Under the pieces are notes generated by a model. That model did no database searches. It worked only from the letters and a program-made list of their open reading frames with translations, and had not been told where the DNA came from. Of a stretch of 63,871 bases of DNA, positions 10,200 through 23,900 are shown in pieces. Position 1 is the stretch's first letter; each line of letters opens with the position of its first letter. The DNA is taken from the NCBI RefSeq assembly GCF_016433145.1, contig NC_058132.1, forward strand, positions 36,023,604 to 36,087,474. The letters run 5' to 3'. Source of the DNA: Gracilinanus agilis. Taxonomy: Eukaryota. The translations under genes were made by a program, and so were the position numbers.

Positions 10200-10620
10200 A
10201 TAACCTGCCCTTCCCTCCAGTGTTCTTACACTTTATAGCCCTTCTATGATCTGGTGACACCCCCCTTTTTGATATTCCCCAAACTAGACATTTCCATTTT
10301 GAGGCAACTGGCCATTTTCACTGGCTGTCTTTCATGCCTGGAATACTCTCCCTTCTTAGCTCTGCCTCTCGTCTTCTCTGATTTCCTTCAAGTTCCAGAT
10401 AAGTAGCCCTTCCCCTTTCCCAGTCCCTCTTAATTCTAATGCCTTTCCGTTGTCAATAATTATGCTATTTATCCGGATTGTGTATCCCAGCTTGTATATA
10501 ATTGTTTGCCTGTTGTCTCCCTCCTTAGACTGAGCAGAGACTATCTTACTTTTCTTTATATCTCCAGCCCACAGCATTTACCTAGTAGATGCTTACTAAA
10601 TGCTTAATGACGACCTGCCT
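10200..10620 (+). mobile_element. L2 3' fragment
   Basis: ...ttgtctccc.c.ttagactg...tatctccagc.cacagca...tagtagatgcttactaaatgct. Confidence 0.7.
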
Positions 10621-11019
10621 GAAGTAAGCACTTAATAAATGCTTTTTCATCAATTAATTAATCAAACTCCATCCTATCTCTCAATGCGATTCTTCTTATT
10701 CCCATCGTAGAAGCACATGTATTCGTAAAAGTCTGTGACTCTGTTGTAAACCTCTCTCCTTCCCCTTGGTAGAATGTAAGCTCGTGGAGGGCAGGAAGGG
10801 ATCAGTTTTGTCTTGCTCCAGCCAGCTAGCACATAGGCTTAAAGATTGTCTGTTGATTGGTTGAATTCAATAAGCATTCATCAATTAGCGGATATGTGCA
10901 AGAAGGCATAGGCTAGTTACTGGAGTAACAAAAATGAAGATCAAATAGTTCCTGCCTTTAGAGTGCCTACCATCTTCTACTGCAAAGATATATCCAGAGA
11001 GGTAATTTGGGGGGATGTG

Positions 11020-11048
11020 TGTGTGTGAGAGAGAGACACACACAGAAA

Positions 11049-11086
<38 letters not shown>

Positions 11087-11480
11087 GAGATGGAGAAATA
11101 GAGAGACTGAGAGACACAGAGGGTGAGAGACAGAAACAAAGACAGAGAGACACAGAAGCACAGAGANNNNNNNNNNNNNNNNNNNNNNNNNNNNNNNNNN
11201 NNNNNNNNNNNNNNNNNNNNNNNNNNNNNNNNNNNNNNNNNNNNNNNNNNNNNNNNNNNNNNNNNNNNNNNNNNNNNNNNNNNNNNNNNNNNNNNNNNNN
11301 NNGGAGAAATAGAGAGACTGAGAGACACAGAAGGTGAGAGACAGAAACAAACAGAGAGACACAGAAGCACAGAGAGTGAAAGACAGAGGGAGAGAGAGAC
11401 ACCGAAAGATAGAGATGGAGAGGCACAGAGTGAGAGACAGAGGCAGGCAGAGATGGAGACAGAGGGAAAGAGAGAGAGAT
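11020..11480. repeat. Degenerate (GA)n/(GACA)n simple-repeat block spanning a gap
   Basis: A roughly 75-nt unit ggagaaatagagagactgagagacacaga.ggtgagagacagaaac...gcacagaga occurs on both sides of the gap. Confidence 0.9.
11167..11302. other. Assembly gap (136 N)
   Basis: N run inside a GA-rich repeat. Confidence 1.
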
Positions 11481-11958
11481 CACTGGTATGATCCTTACAT
11501 CTAAGGGAATTATGAGAGGCTACTTGGAGGAGGTGGCCCCTCAGCTAGGTCTTGAAAGACTATGTATGAGGAGGAAGAGCATTCTGGACTTAGAGGACAG
11601 CCTGTACCAAAGCATCATCCTTAGTGGCCTTTTTCATTAATTAGTTTTATATTTCAACCACTGTGATCTTTTAATAGGGGAAATTGTTCACAGTTCCAAG
11701 TTTCATTGAGTTAAGAACTTCTACCTGTAATGATGCTGCTGCCTAAGAGGGAGCTATCGCTTTCTTCCAACTCTGCTTCTCAATGTCTGATCTCCATGCA
11801 TCTCAAACCTATGCTTCCCATATCCCATTCCTTCTTGGCTCTTCTCTTCCATTGTGTTCTCTGGAATTCCTGTTAAATGATTACAAACTTCCATTCTTTT
11901 TTTATGTTTCCAAGTCTTTTTAAACATTTTATTCTGAACTTAACATAAAAGTCATATA

Positions 11959-12152
11959 TTTTTTTAATTTTTTTTTAAACCCTTGTATTTCGGTGTATTG
12001 TCTCATAGGTGGAAGAGTGGTAAGGGTGGGCAATGGGAGTCAAGTGACCTGCCCAGGGTCACACAGCTGGGAAGTGTCTGAGGCCGGGTTTGAACCCAGG
12101 ACCTCCTGTCTCTAGGCCTGACTCTCAATCCACTGAGCTACCCAGCTGCCCC
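11959..12152 (-). mobile_element. Young SINE1_Mdo-type SINE
   Basis: gtattgtctcataggtggaagagtggtaagggtgggcaatgg tail and near-consensus head. Confidence 0.92.
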
Positions 12153-12779
12153 TTAACATATTACTTTTAAAGCTGTTCTGCTTATCTATTTCCATCCAGA
12201 TCTTTTTTCTGTTCTCTTCTATGCATTAAAAATATTTTTAACTTGGAAATTAAGTACCAAAAAAATAGCATTTCCATACACACAGCAGAAGACAAAATGG
12301 AGAATCTGGATGAAGCCATCGACTCCATTTTTCATGCCTGATTTTGCAAAATATATAAATAATGAATTCCAAATATTACTTTCAAAACTTCCTATTTGTC
12401 TGTGCTTCTCACTTAATTTCTTTCTATACATTTAAAAACTGAACTGTGCAAACGACCATCTTTTTTTTTAACATCACAATTACTAATTCCAATTTGCAAA
12501 ACAAAAAAACAGAAAAACCAAATCAGCATAGTCCAGCCAAAGGAATTTATATGGTGGCCATGTTTGAAAATGTGTGTCCCTAAAAAAAAAAAGATAAAGA
12601 AAATATATGTCATCTTTCTATTGTGTGAGAATTTATTTTTTTTACATACTGTATTAATTTCTGTATATTAGGGAGAATTACTGTGTATTTCTGTATCTGG
12701 GATCTGGGTCAGAAATATCATCCAGTCTGCTGCTTTTTGCATCTTCTTTGTGCTTGAGGATCTCAATGAATATCTTTCC

Positions 12780-13140
12780 TTTATAACAGAATTTGGTTAA
12801 TAAATAAAGGGGACAAAAGTTCTTTTCCTGCTTATGTGACCTATACACCTATGGGGATGGGGAGGGGTGGATAGAGGATGGACCACCTAGTAATTAGTTC
12901 TAACCAATTAAAAATGTCCTGGGATGTCCAAGGACCGAATAATGAGGTTCTAAAAAATAATCTCTCTATTAAGCTGCCTGATCCAGATTGGGCTGTCCCT
13001 GGTCCTGAGAGAGCCACAAAGACCTCTATCACTTTATCAATTAGGATGCTGGCTTAACCAATAAACCTGGTATCATTAATAAACTTACCCAGGAGACTGA
13101 TGAACTGGGAAGCCAGGATATTTGAGGGGACATCAACATG
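12780..13140 (+). mobile_element. Possible solo LTR
   Basis: CCAAT, TATA-like and two AATAAA motifs, ending in ...aaca; no convincing TSD. Confidence 0.3.
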
Positions 13141-13231
13141 TATTTTCCAGTCCTCAATTGTGATGGGTGGGATTGGGGTGAAGAGGAAGACAAAGTAAAT
13201 TTCTAAACTCTTTAGGAAAAGAGAGAGATGG

Positions 13232-13430
13232 ACATTTGGGTAACTCAGTGGACAGAAAGCCAGGACTCGAGATGGGAGATCTTGGGTTCAGATCTGACCT
13301 CAGACACTTTCTAGCGATATGACTCTGGGCAAGTCATTTAACTTCTATTGTCTAACCCTTACCACTCTTCTGCCTTGGAATCAATACTTAGTACCAATTC
13401 TAACATAGAAGGTAAGGGCTTTTAAAAAAG
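13232..13430 (+). mobile_element. CORE-SINE (MAR1_Mdo-like)
   Basis: ctcagtggacagaaagccagg...cccttaccactcttctgccttgg...aaggtaagggcttttaaaaa. Confidence 0.88.
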
Positions 13431-13439
13431 AGAAAGAAG

Positions 13440-15330
13440 GGAGACAAAGACCCCTGCTTTTGGGATGAGAACTCACTGCTGGGAAAATTGGAAAACAGTA
13501 TGGTAGAACCTAGGTATAGACCAACATATCTGACACAAGATAAGGTCAAAATAGGTACATGATTTAGACACAAAGGGTGACATCATAAGCAAATTAGAGG
13601 AGCATGGAATAGTTTACCTGTCAGATCTATGGATAAGGGAAGAATTTATGACCAAACAAGAGATAGAGAGCATTATAAGACACATAATGCATAATTATGA
13701 TTATAATAAAATTTAAAAATTTTTGGGCAAACAAAACCAAAGCAATCAAGATCAGAAGGAAAGCAGAAAATGGAAATTTTTTTAAAACAATTTTTTTATC
13801 AGAGACAAAGGCCTTTGTTGTCAGATATATAGATAACTGACTCAATTGTATAAGAATAAATGGTCAAAGGATATAGTTTTGGTTGAGGAAATCAAAGCTA
13901 TCTATAGTATGAAAATTCTCTATATCTCTATTGATAAGAGAAATGCAAGTTAAAGAGCTCAGAGATACCACCTCACACATTCAGATTGTCCAATATGACA
14001 AAAGGAAAATGATAAATATTGGAGGGGATATGGGACAATTGGGACACTAATGCATTGTTGATGGAGTTGTGAAGTGACCCAACAATTCTAGAGAGCAGTT
14101 TGAACCATGCCAAAAGGCTATAAAATTATCCATACTCTTTGATCCAGCAATACTTCTACTAGGTCTATATCTCAAAGAGATTAAAAAAAATAAGGACCTA
14201 TTTGTACAAAAGCACACATAGTAGCTATTTTTGTGGTAGCAAAAAAATTAGAAACTGAGGGGATGCCCATCAATTGGGAATGGCTGAACAAATTGAGGCA
14301 TACGATTGAAATGGAAAACTGTCGTGCTATAAGAAATAATGAACAGGATGTTTTCAGAAAAAGACTGGAAAGACTTATATGAATAGATGGAAAGTGAAGT
14401 GAGCAGAACCAGGAGAATATTGTACCCAGTAATATTGTAAGGATGATCACCTGAAAGAAATAAAGAGAATTAAGTCAACATCCTGAACTAAAGATCTGAC
14501 TTTATTTTGTGCCCACAAAATACAGAGTCCGAGGTGTGCAAGCCATGCCCATTCAGTGGCATGAGACATCTCATGTCCAGATGACAAGGGTTATATTGGC
14601 TTTGGACAATTACTTAACCAAGGTAATTAATAGGGGAAATATTCAGAACATGTTCCTAAATGAATTTGTGAAAATTTTGCTGAAATGGTTAATAAATTCC
14701 AGTAAGAGGAGTTATAATTGGGTCATCCTCCCTTTTCTCACTTCCCTTATTGGGTCACTTGCTTATGACACTGTAGGATTAGGTGAAGGTCCCCTTTTCC
14801 TCATGTTATAAACTCTAGAGTGTGTGGCAAGGAAAGAGGAATTGTACAGGTACTTTCATCATTGCAGAGGCTCTTAATACTATTCCTATTCCTATTATAC
14901 CTTATTAAAATCACACAGTTATAATCAAACTCTTATAGAATACTTAAAAGTGATTACAATTTACTTAAATTTCTTCTTATCAACTGTGATCGACCTCACT
15001 ATTTTCAGCAATATAAAGATTCAAGGCAACTCCAAAGGACTCATCATGATGATGCTATCCACCTCGAGAAAAAGAATTGATGGAGTCTGAATGTAGATGG
15101 AAGCATACTATTTTTCACCTTTTTTCTTTGTGAGATGTTTTTTTTTAAATATACATGTCTTCTACAACAGGATTAATATGGAAATATGTTTTGCATGATC
15201 ATACATGTATAATCTATTTCAAATTACTTTCTTGAGGGGGGAGGAAAGGGAAGAAGAGAATTAGGAACTGAAAATTTTAGAAAACCAATATTAAAAATAT
15301 TTTACATGTAATTAGGATGAAATATTGTTG
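13440..15330 (+). mobile_element. Degraded L1 ORF2 3' half and 3' UTR, interrupted at about 14450..14980
   Basis: gggaaaattggaaaacagtatgg, gagataccacctcacac, ggggatgcccatcaattgggaatggctgaacaaatt. Confidence 0.8.
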
Positions 15331-15479
15331 AAGGAAAAAGGTGGGAAAATGACCTGTTGATGTGTCACTTACTCCACCCACTACCAGCACTTTTCCTCTT
15401 TGTACAGATGACTACTTGTGTGCCCTGATTATGTGAGAAAAATTTCCCTTCCCTTCTTCTCTTTTTGGTTTTGGCATTC

Positions 15480-17200
15480 AGGTGATCCAACAATCCTTAA
15501 ATTTTTTTCTCCTTGATCTGTTTTCTAGGTCAATTCTTTTTACTATGAGATACCTTACATTTTCTTTTAAGTTTTTTAGGCTTTTGACTTTGTCTTAATA
15601 TTTTTTTTTGTTGTCTCATGGAATCACTGGCTTCTATCTGGCCCATGTTAATTTTCAGAACGTTTGTTGCTTGGGCCAAGTTTTGTCCCTCTTATGTGAA
15701 ACAATTCCCTTTGCAATTCTTTTTTATATCTTTCATTTCTTTTCTATTTTCTCAAATGTTCTCATTTTACTTAAAAAAATTTTTAAAGTGCTTTAAAATC
15801 TCTTGCTTTGGGGGGCAGCTGGGTGGCTCAGTGGATCAAGAGCCAAGGCTAGAGACGGGAGGTCCTGGGTTCAAATTTGGCCTCAGAGACTTCCTAGCTG
15901 TGTGACCCTGAGCAAGTCACTTAACCCTCATTGCCTAGCCCTTACCACTCATCTGCCAAGGACCCAATACATAGTATTGATTCTGAACTTCTAGGAATTT
16001 TCTTTGAGCTTTTGCCCAAGCTGTGTTTTGCTTGTGGATGTTTTAGAGAATTCTCTTCTGCTTGTCTTTTTTTTTTTAGCACCTACTTTCTATCTTAGTT
16101 ATCATTTCTAAGGCAGAAGAGTGGCAAAGACTAGGCAATTGGGGTTAAGAGACTTGCCCAGGGTCAATTTGAACCCAGGTCTTCTTGTGTTTATGTCTTG
16201 AGTATACCTCTCACCACAATAGCTCATTAAGATTCTTTTTTTTTCTCATTCTTCTTGCCTTCATCCTGACTTTGAACTTGATGTCAGGATCAGTCTCTAT
16301 TACACAAGTGGAGGACAGGTCTGGGCTGGTCCTGTTGCTGTTTTCTTGGGGTATTGTGTGTTGTGTTGCTCCAGGATCTCAGGACAGGCTGGATACCTGA
16401 AAACTTTCAGTATTTCCACAGTGGTCTGATCCAAAGCAAAGTCATTTGGTTCCACCTTCCATCCCCACCCCAACCTGAACTCTGCAAGTTCCTGTCTTGG
16501 GTTTGGGTCTGTGCAAGTGTTGACTGCTACTAGATGCCACTCCTATTAGTCAGCTAGAAAGTTCTTTTGGTCCAGAGTGACAGAGCTGTAGGCTCCTCTT
16601 TGTTCTGGGATTTTTGCCTTGGTTATTCCTCTGCTATCTGGGTTAGATGATAGAATTGAGATCCTGCTTGGCTCTTGGGGTCTGAGCCACACTGCTGCTT
16701 GCTTCTGAACTTCCTTTCTTGGCATACCACCAGGGGCTTCTGGACCTGGGCTCAAGGCTCCTTCTCAGTCTGCCCTGAATCGGTGACCCAGATTGGGGAG
16801 CATGTGACAAAGTTGCTGGTTGGTGCCTGTGTATGTTGGGTATGGATCTGGGCTGTCCTTTGGCCTGGGTACACAGTCTACCTCCCCAGGTGCATTGGAT
16901 CCCACCTACAGCATAAAGCCATATACCTCTCTCCCTCTTTGTTGCCCTGGGCTGGACAAATGACTCAGTGTGTCTTTTTCTGGATTTTTCCACCAGGATT
17001 TGGTCTGGTGTGTTTTCTAGATCTGTTTGGAGAAGTTTTGTGGAGGGGAGCTCAGCTCTGTTGTTTCTTGCTGCTTTTACTTCTGGGCTCTGCCTCCAGG
17101 AAAACAGACAACAACTTAATATATAACTTTTTAAGTTATCCTGTTTGTCTTGTTTTCTTCCAGGCTTCCTTTGGTTTTCTTCTGTGCATTTAAAGACATA
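15480..17200 (-). mobile_element. Degraded L1 5'/ORF1-region fragment with nested SINEs (15810..15985 +, 16070..16185 -)
   Basis: T-rich sequence with marsupial L1-like tracts; boundaries uncertain. Confidence 0.5.
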
Positions 17201-17212
17201 CTTTAGTGATTG

Positions 17213-17417
17213 GTTTTTTTTTAAACCCTTAACTTCTATCTTAGAATCAATACTGTATTTTGGTTCTAAGGCAGAAGAGCTGTAAGGGCTAGGCAATGGG
17301 GGGTTAAATAACTGGCCCAGGGTCACCCAGCTAGGAAGTGTCTGAGGCTAGATTTGAACCTAGGACCTCCCTGTCTTTAGGCCTGCTCTCAACTCACTGG
17401 GTTACCCAGATGCCCCC
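17213..17417 (-). mobile_element. CORE-SINE (MAR1_Mdo-like)
   Basis: Full reverse copy. Confidence 0.88.
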
Positions 17418-17849
17418 AGTGTTTGTTTCCTTATTTTAATTTTGGCAACCCTATGGCTAGACTGTTCTCTCAACTCTTCTCCACTCTCTTGAACAAAAAA
17501 GTCATAAAAATGTATAGTCAAGAAAAAGAAATGGCCACATTGGCTGTTTTTGAAAATGTTATGTCTCCTTCTGCACCTTGAGTCAATTATCTGTCAGCTG
17601 AGCAGTATATTGTATTTCCTGTGGTTAGAACCCTCAGTCTAGAGTCAGAAAGAACTGAGCTCAAGTCTGGTATCAGATATTTCTAGCCAGATAACCTTGG
17701 GTAAATCGCTTAAATTCTGAATGCCTCAGTTTCCTCAACTTAGGGTTGTTATAAGAATTGGCATATTTGTAAAAAAGGGGGAAAAGTACGTATCACAACA
17801 CTTAGCATATCATATGTATTATATTAATTACATAAATATTAATTCCCTT

Positions 17850-18800
17850 CACTTCATAACTTGTCCTATGGGGTCATGGTTGGTTATTATATTATTCATG
17901 ATTCTTAAGTCTTTCAAAGTTGTTTTATGTTGTCACTATATAAATTGTTCTACTTCTGCTCACTGTCTTCTACCTCAATTCACACATCTTCTGATATTTC
18001 TCTCAAATGATCTTTCATTATTTCTTATGGTATGATGACCCAGTTACATCTACATCCTATTTGTTCAGTCATTCCCCATTTAATGGACATCTTAGTTTCT
18101 AGTTCTTTTCTAAAACAAAAAGAGCTTTTATATATACATACATATATATGTAAAATCTTATATATGGATCCTTTTCCTTTTATATCTCTTTGAGTTATAG
18201 GCCTAGTGATTGAATCACTGGGTCAGAGTATGCAGAGTTGAATAAGTTTGGTGACTTTCTCATCATGATTCCAAAAGCTTTCCAAAATGGCTGGGCCAGT
18301 TCTTAATTTTACCACCAGTATACCAGTGTGCCTGTTTTCCCACTGCCCCCTCCAACAACTGCAATATTCCTTTGTTGAGAGCATGTTTTTAGAGGGCTGT
18401 GGAGAGCCTGTTTTCTCTAATTTTACAAATTAGAGAATATTTCATCATAAATTAGAAAATTTTTTATAAAAATAATTCTCTCTAAAAAATATCTGTTAGG
18501 GAAATGGTTCTTGTTTTTACAAATTTCAATCAGTTTCTTACATACCTTGGATAGGATACTTTGAACAGAGGAAACTGTGGCAAAGATTTCTTTCCCCTTC
18601 AACTGTTTCTTTTCTAATTTTAACTGCATTAGTTTTGTTTGTGCAAACACCTGATTGCATATAATCAGAATGATCTGTTTTCGCAGAGATCTTCTCTGAT
18701 ATTCTCCGGTGTCTGGTCAAGAATTTTCCTCATCCAGACTTGCAAAAAGAATTTTCTTCCTTGCTCTTCTAATTTTGTTTATAATCATGTCATTTTCTCA
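17850..18800 (-). mobile_element. Degraded L1 ORF2 3' fragment
   Basis: Minus ORF ...QTKLMQLKLEKKQLKGKEIFATVSSVQSILSKVCKKLIEICKNKNHFP... resembles the L1 ORF2 WEKIF/DKGLISKIY region. Confidence 0.7.
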
Positions 18801-19284
18801 TAATTCCCTTTCTCCTCGTCTTTGCCAATGAAGTGGAAATGCCTCTTGGTGTTATCTCCGCTAGGAATCAGATTGGAAAGATTAAGTGAGTTTGGCATGT
18901 CCAACATCTCAGTAAAGGTGCTTTAAAGTCATGCTTTCTAGGAAGTGTGGAAGCAGGGTTTACTGTCATAGGCTCTCTATCAAAATATCAAGCAGTCACT
19001 GTGGTGCTTTGGAAGAGGCAATGGTCTTGGAGTTAGGAGATGTCAATTTGAGAAAGCTCAAATGAATGCTGTAGCTATTTGTCTGAACCTGGGAAACTCA
19101 CTCTATAAAAGATACCTTCACTCATCCCTTGCTAGGGTTGTGAGAAAAGCATTTTGCAAGACATAAACACTAATTGTGATTATTACCCCTATATGGGGAA
19201 CCATAGACAAGTCATTTAATACCAGCTTGTTCACCTAGATCTCTAAAATGGGGAAACTTCATTTTTTAATTTTTTAATCTTTAT

Positions 19285-19487
19285 TATTTTTTTTTAAACC
19301 CTTACCTTCCATCTTGGAGTCAATACTGTATATTGGCTCTAAGGCAGAAGAGCATGAAGGGCTAGGCAATGGGGGTCGAGTTGACTTGCCCAGGGGCACA
19401 CAGCTAGGAAGTATCTGAGGTCAAATTTGAACCTAGGACCTCCTGTCTTTAGGCCTGGCTCTCAATCCACTGAGCTACCCAGCTGCC
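19285..19487 (-). mobile_element. CORE-SINE (MAR1_Mdo-like)
   Basis: Full reverse copy. Confidence 0.9.
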
Positions 19488-20999
19488 GTGGATAATTTTA
19501 CAAGGTTGTGAAAACACAAACTTGTACCTAAAGCATAGACATGGTATAATTTTGGAGGGTTAGGGTTAAAGTTAGGGTTAGAAATCAGCCCAAGCAGTTG
19601 GGTCTGTGCTCTGGTTCCTTGCTGAAATGATGGATTCCTTGTGACTGGGTCTGAGATAAAGCTAAATTGACTAAGTGCAGTGGGGTGGACTCATGTTAAG
19701 GAATCACTCTTTTCTTTAAGAGATGAAGAAACATGGCTTCACCCTCCTTTGGGTGATTTTTTCCCCCAGTCTTTTTTCCCCCTTGGACTTCCAACCAAGT
19801 TCTCCTTCTCCCCCTACTCAACCCCACTATCCCCTGAATGGTATCTTGGAGCACAACTACATGACTGCATGAAAAATGTACCAGTCTTGGTGGAACTGAG
19901 ATGAGGCTGCAAATTCCTGGTTGCTCTCTCTTCTCTTTCTTGAGTACAGGCCATTGACTAGCAATCCTAGATGTCTGTGACTTTGGGCATCAGCCAACTA
20001 GAGGGAGATTTACCTAACAGCACAGTTCTTAGGGATGATCTGTACCAGGATTATCTCATAGCTGAAGGACTCAAGAAAGTCTGGTTGGCCAGGTTTAGAT
20101 CTTACTGAGTTGCTTGGATAGGTATCCAAGAGAAATGTGGAACACCTCTGCAGCAGTCCCATTAAGGAGCTTTACCTTCCAGAGGAAACATAATGAGTTA
20201 TTTGAGATATTTTGTTTCCAGTATTTGTTAATATTCTACTTCCAGTTTTGAGTCTCATGTAGTTCATCTGTGGTGGAAGAAATAATTTTACTATAGGTGT
20301 CTTTTCAGGTTTTGATGAAACCATAGATACAAGCATATGAAACAAGGTTTTGTTTTAGAGATTTCTCTGGAGTTCATCAGATATGGGGTTAAGCTAGAGA
20401 AAACCTGATTTCTCCTTTTTGAGATTAGCCTCTCTTCTTCCCCAACACATTAAACTCTGGTTATATGAGTCCAGCCCCTTTAGGCATGCCCTAGAACACG
20501 AGGTACATTTCTTAAAAGAATAAAACAATTTAATAAAAGAGTTTGCATCAAAGTTAACAGGAATCAAGCAGTTTTTCATTTTAAAAATCCATACAATGCT
20601 CAGGATTTGCAGTGGCATTACTAACACTGTCAAGACAGTCGTTTCCTGCCAAAGTCCTGCACGTTCCCATTAGTTACTGAGTCATTAAAGGTCATCTATA
20701 AACATGGCTTCCAGATGCCACACAATTCATGGCAAGGACTTCAGAGAATCAGTGCTGCAAATTGGCAATCTCTCCATTTTGCCTACCCACGGCCTCCTCA
20801 TTTCCATTCATCAGGATTCTGAAATGACCTTTTGGAACAGCCAAGACAGTCTGCCCCTGGGCACTAATAGTAAGGTAGGGAGTGACCAGCCCCGAAGTTT
20901 GGTGGAATTTTTGTTAAAGACATGTGAATGAGGAGAATTAAGAATGTTTTAAGAAACAACTAAATAGAAAGGATTTTTAAATGCCCAACAAAAGGAGAC

Positions 21000-23900
21000 T
21001 GTGCTCTTCTTTAAATTGATTTATTTCTTTTGGAAAGAAAATTGCATTTGCCAAAAATGAAAACTTAATTCGGAACAAAACCCTCAAGAACTCTTTTATA
21101 GGTAGGACTCTTTGCCCAATGGGAAAGAGCTCAAATTCATACTTTAATTTATGGCTTATACAGCACTATTTCTTTCTCTCTCACATATACACATATATAC
21201 TATTCACAATGTGTGATGAGGTGACATTTACCAAGAGAATACCATTTTAAAGCAAATTTTGTCAACTAAATGACTATAATCTATTTAAAATAAATACATT
21301 TGTGTATAAAGTTTTAAACAATATGGTTTCAAAATGAAAACATAATTATAAAATCATATACAAATGCTAATATTAAGGTAACAAAACTGTACACTACAAT
21401 TCTTACAAAGTGATGCATCTTTATATAAAAAGCAAAGAGATTAATAGACCATCGATGCTCATTAATGGAGAGCCCTAACTGAAAATTAAAGGATGTTATA
21501 ATTATTTATGCAAAAATATAGTAAGGTATTATAAAGTGTAATTCTCATGTACGCAAACATATGACAGTCCTCACACAACATTGAGCTAACGTTGCTTGTA
21601 CATTTGGTCGGTTATTTCTTGCCTTAGTAGAGATCTAAAGTTTTTTGAGGTTCTGCAGGAAAAGCCTGGCTGATGAGTGGGCAAACTTGAAGGTGCAAAG
21701 GTTCTATAGCAATGCTAGTATTAATTTCTTCTCTAAGAATTTTTCATCTAATTTTTTGGTGTGTTAGTGCCGAGTTATACTATCCAGCTGAAACGGTGTC
21801 TAGCTCATGCTTACTTTTTATCCTTGGAATAAAAATAGGAAGCTTTGAGATGATCAGATTATTAAATCAATATACTTAAGGTGGGAAGAGATTGATCTCT
21901 AAGTACCTGAAAAAAACTGAGTTGGTTATCTTACAACCATTCCTCTAAAATAAAAACAAACAGAAAACCAGGACATTAAAAAGTTCCAAAGTTACATTCA
22001 AAATTGCTACATAAAACTATACCTAAAAGTTCCATTGCAGAAAACTCAGAGGTATAATTCTCTGAATAGTCATTTTTGGAAGAACTGTACCTAAAGGATA
22101 CCATGATGGTATCATGGCACAACTTATTCATGAATGAAAATAACTTTCTCAAATGTGTTTCCCATTCATATGTTTTGCTTCTGAATGACACAACAAGGTT
22201 TCTGTTGCTTTTTCTTTTTATCTACAATTTCTTTAGGGAAGCCCAAGAGGTGGCCCTTTATGGAATCAAGCAATCCTTCTTGCCTTATGCCCAAACTGTT
22301 CCTCAACTTCAGCCCACCACATGCTAGTCTACTTATAACTTACACCTTGCCTTTCACCCAAATCGCCCTGGCGCCTCTCCTCCAAAAATGTCATTCTTTG
22401 AAAAGTGGAACTGCTATATTATGCTAGGAACATACAGAAAACAGCCGCAAAACTTGTGTGGGTGAAGGGCAGCTGTTTCCTTCACTGAACCACGGTGAAA
22501 AAGCTTAAAGAACACTTTGCATATTTGCGATTTTAAAAATTAGAATAAGCCAGCTGTCCTCTCTTCTCTTAGAAACGAAAAGTAATCACCACTACCAAGT
22601 TTGAAGGCATTTTTATGCTGTGCTCTTGTTAGGTACTGTTTAGTCTCGTTTCCTATTTTACATAAAATCCTTTTATTTTAATGTAAAGCCTCATGGTAGT
22701 TACTTTCATACAGTTTTATTATGAGTCAGTCTTATTTACCAAACTGGGGATGTACAGACAGAATTTCACAGTTACTAAGATAGCCAGAAAGCAGAACCCC
22801 TCTCCTCAAATGCTTAGACTTTCCTTGTTTCATGGAAGCAAACCAAATCCCCCAAATGTCATAAATATACACAATATTTCTTCATCAGCAATTTAAAAAT
22901 CTCCAACAGGCGGCATGGCTCCTAGTGATTAATTCATTGTGCCAGCTTTTTCTGAAAGTACGTGACTCTGGGAAAAGCATGATTCTTGATCTTAATATAG
23001 GATACGACGACAGCTTCTTTCTAAGTTCTCGATCTGCCAGATAGAAGACTGGCTACTTAGGAAACAGTTGTTTAAAAAAAAATCTCCAGGCAGAATACTC
23101 ATATAGTCAGAAAAGTTACTTTAGTCGAATACTGGCTGGTTTTTCAGGACTATTTCTCTACATAGAACGGATCTCTGGCAACAGCCACTGAGGAGAAACC
23201 TGCTGACTTACAGAGGTATCATCACAGAAGTGGGTCTGACAAATGGGTCAGATCGCAGCCATTGTGGAAGCTTTCTCTCTTTTTTTATATTCAGCACAAC
23301 TTTGGAAAGAAATGTTTTGGTATCTTAAAGGACTTTCTCCCCTCTTCTTGAAAGGTAAATTTTCTTTTGGAATTATGGTACTTCCAGGGCATAGAATGAT
23401 GGTCCCAAATTGGTATGTGCTTGAATCTACTTCATAAGTACTAGATACACATTAATGTATGTAGTAGGTATTTTGGGGAAGATATTCTGTGCCAGATTAC
23501 AACGTAAACAGCCCCAAGTTTTATTTAGGGCTTTAAGGAAGAATCAGTTTGATTTACATGCAGTCAGATAATCACATCATATCAACCAGAAAGCACTATC
23601 ATTATTTTTAAAAAAGGAATATTTACACATGTAATGAACTTGGAACCCCTTCCCAAAAAGGCATGATATAGATCCAAGTCTTGTTCTAATATTTACATGT
23701 CGGGGACTGACTTTTTTTTTTTTTTTTTTACAGTTGGGATCAAGGATAACCCACTGGCCCACAGTGCGAAACGGGTAGAAAGCTACCCAGGAATGGGAAG
23801 CACTGACTGTAGACAGATGGATGGACTGATCCTCAGTGGCTTTCTCCTGGAGATTTTCTTCCTTACCTTCACTTTCTGTGACAGCAAGAGATGTGCTCCT

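Noticed and set aside
10885-11491. Long ORFs across the GA-rich block
   Set aside because: Simple-repeat translation through Ns; the near-identical units either side of the gap may be an assembly overlap
19559-19582. ttagggttaaagttagggttag telomere-like motif
   Set aside because: Only 2-3 imperfect units; insufficient to call an interstitial telomere
19505-20020. Possible solo LTR (tgtga...taaca)
   Set aside because: No TSD and no family recognised; left uncalled
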